A DNA stretch of 63,190 nt, counting the filler, from Olpidium bornovanus S191 (lineage: Eukaryota; Fungi; Olpidiomycota): assembly GCA_017911155.1 (NCBI GenBank). It is 31 parts of 31 records of this genome, joined end to end, with 100 filler letters (N's around TTAATTAATTAA, not from the genome) between each part and the next. Parts side by side here need not be neighbours in the genome. Positions count along the whole stretch, not along the records: positions 60,283 to 61,766 come from JAEFCI010004029.1; positions 61,867 to 63,190 come from JAEFCI010006275.1; 29 more parts are not named here. One strand, 5' to 3'. Made by a program: the position numbers and the translations under genes. The notes below the pieces were generated by a model, which did not search any database, had not been told where the DNA came from, and saw only the letters and a program-made list of their open reading frames with translations. Below are positions 61,004 through 63,190 of the stretch, piece by piece; position 1 is the first letter of the stretch; every line of letters begins with the position of its first letter.

Positions 61004-61866
61004 GGATATGTGTGCGCACGTCAAATTTAGTCCCCCACCCTTCCCCCACAGACAAACCAGATTTATACCCTCCCCAATAATAACTTTTCCTGATTTCTAC
61101 GGACCCTGACCAGTGGTTTTCTTCTGCTCTACCTCCTTCCCCCCGCCGATCCTCCCCCTTTCATTCTTTCTTTTTTCGGTTTTCTGATTAATCGCGCCTT
61201 TTTTTCCGTTTCACTTTTTTTTTTTTTTTTTTTACTTTAGGCAGATAGGGACCGCAGGCATGCGCCCGCTTCCCTCCACACACACACGTACATCGGGGGA
61301 GCACGTCACGGTCATGCAGAATCGCGCGAAGCTTGCGCTAGTTCAACACCCGTTGCGAGTTATCTGGAAGAATTTGCTCTTCCGCACACGTTTCATCGGG
61401 CGATTAGGCGTTTTTTTTTTTTTTTTTGGGCGCTCGGATTTGCCCAGAACCGCGAATGCAAAAAAAAGGATTACTGTTATATTCAGGTGGTGCGCGCGCG
61501 CCCGCCGCGCTGGGCGAGAGCGGCGCGCGCAAGATTACGATTGCTGTGTGGATCATCGCGATAATGAAAAATTTTGCGCAATAATATTGCGGACAGGGTT
61601 GTCAAATCCAGTATAAGTCAGCGCTGGATTTGAGGCTCCTTTAAATGCGCGTCGAAACGCGGCTTGGGCTTCGACATCTCTCGAGGTCCGGCCGGCTGGC
61701 CTACAGAACACAGGAGGAAGCAAACCCGCAAGAGCGACCTCTCCAGAACCTCACCGCACAATCATGNNNNNNNNNNNNNNNNNNNNNNNNNNNNNNNNNN
61801 NNNNNNNNNNTTAATTAATTAANNNNNNNNNNNNNNNNNNNNNNNNNNNNNNNNNNNNNNNNNNNN

Positions 61867-62500
61867 ACTTGGTGGGCGGGATAAGCTCCACCGATGCCCC
61901 CATCGGCGCGCACGTCGACCGATCTCTCACTGGCCTCAGCGGCCCCAGCCCATCCTGGCCCTCTCGCCTACTCTCCTTGATCGCCCCACCCAACCATCTC
62001 CGCCGACATTGGTACCACAACGTCGGACCATGGTCCATAAGTGGTTTTATCATTTGGAGGGTGGTTAGTTCTTTCTTCCGCTCTTTCTTCCGCTGGAGGC
62101 GTTTACCTCTGGTCGTCTCGTTGCTCTGCGGGCGCAGTGGCTGGTCCTCTTCGGACGAGGTTTCGGAGGGCGACGAACTTGCACTTCCGTCGTCTTCGCT
62201 GTTTTTGGCGGTATAACGGTTGTGTGCTTCGGGGAGGTGCGTCTTGTGCGCTCGCGTGTGTGTTTGTTCCCCAGTTTGCAGTCGGGCCACCTGTGACGTG
62301 AGCATTTGCATCGTTTTCGTCAGGTTCAGAAGGTCAGCACGCATGGCGGAAACATCTTCCGCGTGTTGGGCGTTCAGGAATTCGGCGTGTTCGCGCAGGA
62401 TGTCCGCCCCTTCGTATAGGTCATGGTCGGGGTCGACGTTCGGGTTAGTTCTAGCGCGAACAGAAACAAACAGCGGGAATGTGCCTGTTGTTGTTGCTGC
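61867..62500 (-). mobile_element. gag-like N-terminal region of an LTR retrotransposon
   Basis: Coiled-coil frame (LREHAEFLNAQHAEDVSAMRADLLNLTKTMQMLTSQVARLQ) downstream of an LTR end and PBS. Upstream stops suggest decay. Confidence 0.5.
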
Positions 62501-62756
62501 GGGTTTCCCGCGTTGGCGGCGGCGCCGCAGTGCTTTCCCTGTTGCGGATCAGCGTGTTTATGCGCTCTGCAGTGGTTCCGCGTTCCGCCCCGTCGTTTGG
62601 AGCGCAGGCCGCGGAGGCCTGGGGCGGAGGGCTCATTGTCTTCCTGTAGGTTCTGTACCTGTCGACGTGTCCTGGTGTTTGGGGAGCGCGTGCGGCAAGC
62701 GACGGCGCTTCCTTTCTCTCTGTTTTAAGCTGCGTTTACGTGGTGGTAGGCCGGGT

Positions 62757-62769
62757 TGGGCTCATAACC
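62757..62769 (-). mobile_element. Primer-binding site (half-tRNA-iMet type) directly after a 5' LTR end (...TTTTAACA at 62770)
   Basis: Minus strand reads GTTTTAACA|GGTTATGAGCCCA. GGTTATGAGCCC is complementary to the anticodon stem-loop (GGGCTCATAACC) of fungal initiator tRNA-Met. Confidence 0.78.
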
Positions 62770-63190
62770 TGTTAAAACCGCCGTGGGGTTTGGTCCGGGC
62801 AGTTACAGGATTTTTCTGTTTATTTTTGGTTCGTGTGTTTTTAATTCAGCGGTTGTGTTTTTTTATCTAGCCAGCCTCCGTATCGACGTATGACACCATG
62901 TACCTTGGGTCACGGCGGTCAAGGAACTTCTTGGAGCGATTCACAACAAGCGCTGAAGATTCCTCTTGAAGGGTGCGGACATCACAAATTTCATCTACCG
63001 CACGTCTACAAATGTTCACATTGGTAATTGCGGTGTCTGTTGTTTCCATAAAAATCGCCTCGGTTGTTTGGCATCGGGGCCGGCCGGGCGAGGACGAGAT
63101 ACTGAATCATCGAACGAATCCAACGGGGCGCTTGATCTGCGGCCGATGCCGCGATCAACTCGGCTTCCATAGAAGATGCCGCGGCGATGG

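Noticed and set aside
62867-63049. KKFLDRRDPRYM as an Rna14/CstF77 fragment
   Set aside because: The similarity is limited to a few residues and the rest of the frame does not fit. The region lies in or next to a putative LTR.

Overview
This is eukaryotic DNA from a GC-rich, intron-containing genome, and it is not one continuous locus. It consists of 31 short contigs (about 1-5 kb) joined by 30 identical artificial 100-bp spacers (N44-TTAATTAATTAA-N44, stops in all six frames), so adjacency across a spacer carries no biological meaning. Gene content points to a flagellated (zoosporic), early-diverging fungus. Fungal-type genes (FAF1, SAR1, MCD4/PIG-N, RPN9, a PASK/PIM-like kinase, a LIMR protein, COX11, aspartate aminotransferase, NBP2-like SH3, 7TM-RGS, DUF4336, a GATA factor) occur together with the axonemal ruler CCDC40 and the centriole protein SAS-4/CENPJ. 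Most genes are truncated by contig ends. There are several decayed Ty1/copia fragments, including a PPT/LTR start and a half-tRNA-iMet (Ty5/copia-type) primer-binding site, plus the right end of a pogo/Tigger-like DNA transposon. The most unusual observations are: (i) an AT-rich island that reads as a G-to-A hypermutated mitochondrial insertion (atp9 relic, possible nad6 relic); (ii) a predicted secreted protein whose CHRD-like domain is split by two long insertions; (iii) a strand-biased array of about 20 GAYGCAG motifs; (iv) a single in-frame TAA lying inside a 12-nt GT..AG segment of an orphan gene; (v) a small dispersed GC-rich repeat shared by two unrelated contigs; (vi) strong enrichment of CATG at contig ends, probably technical. 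I did not find a multi-gene system I can support. All family assignments are by-eye motif recognition, not database searches.
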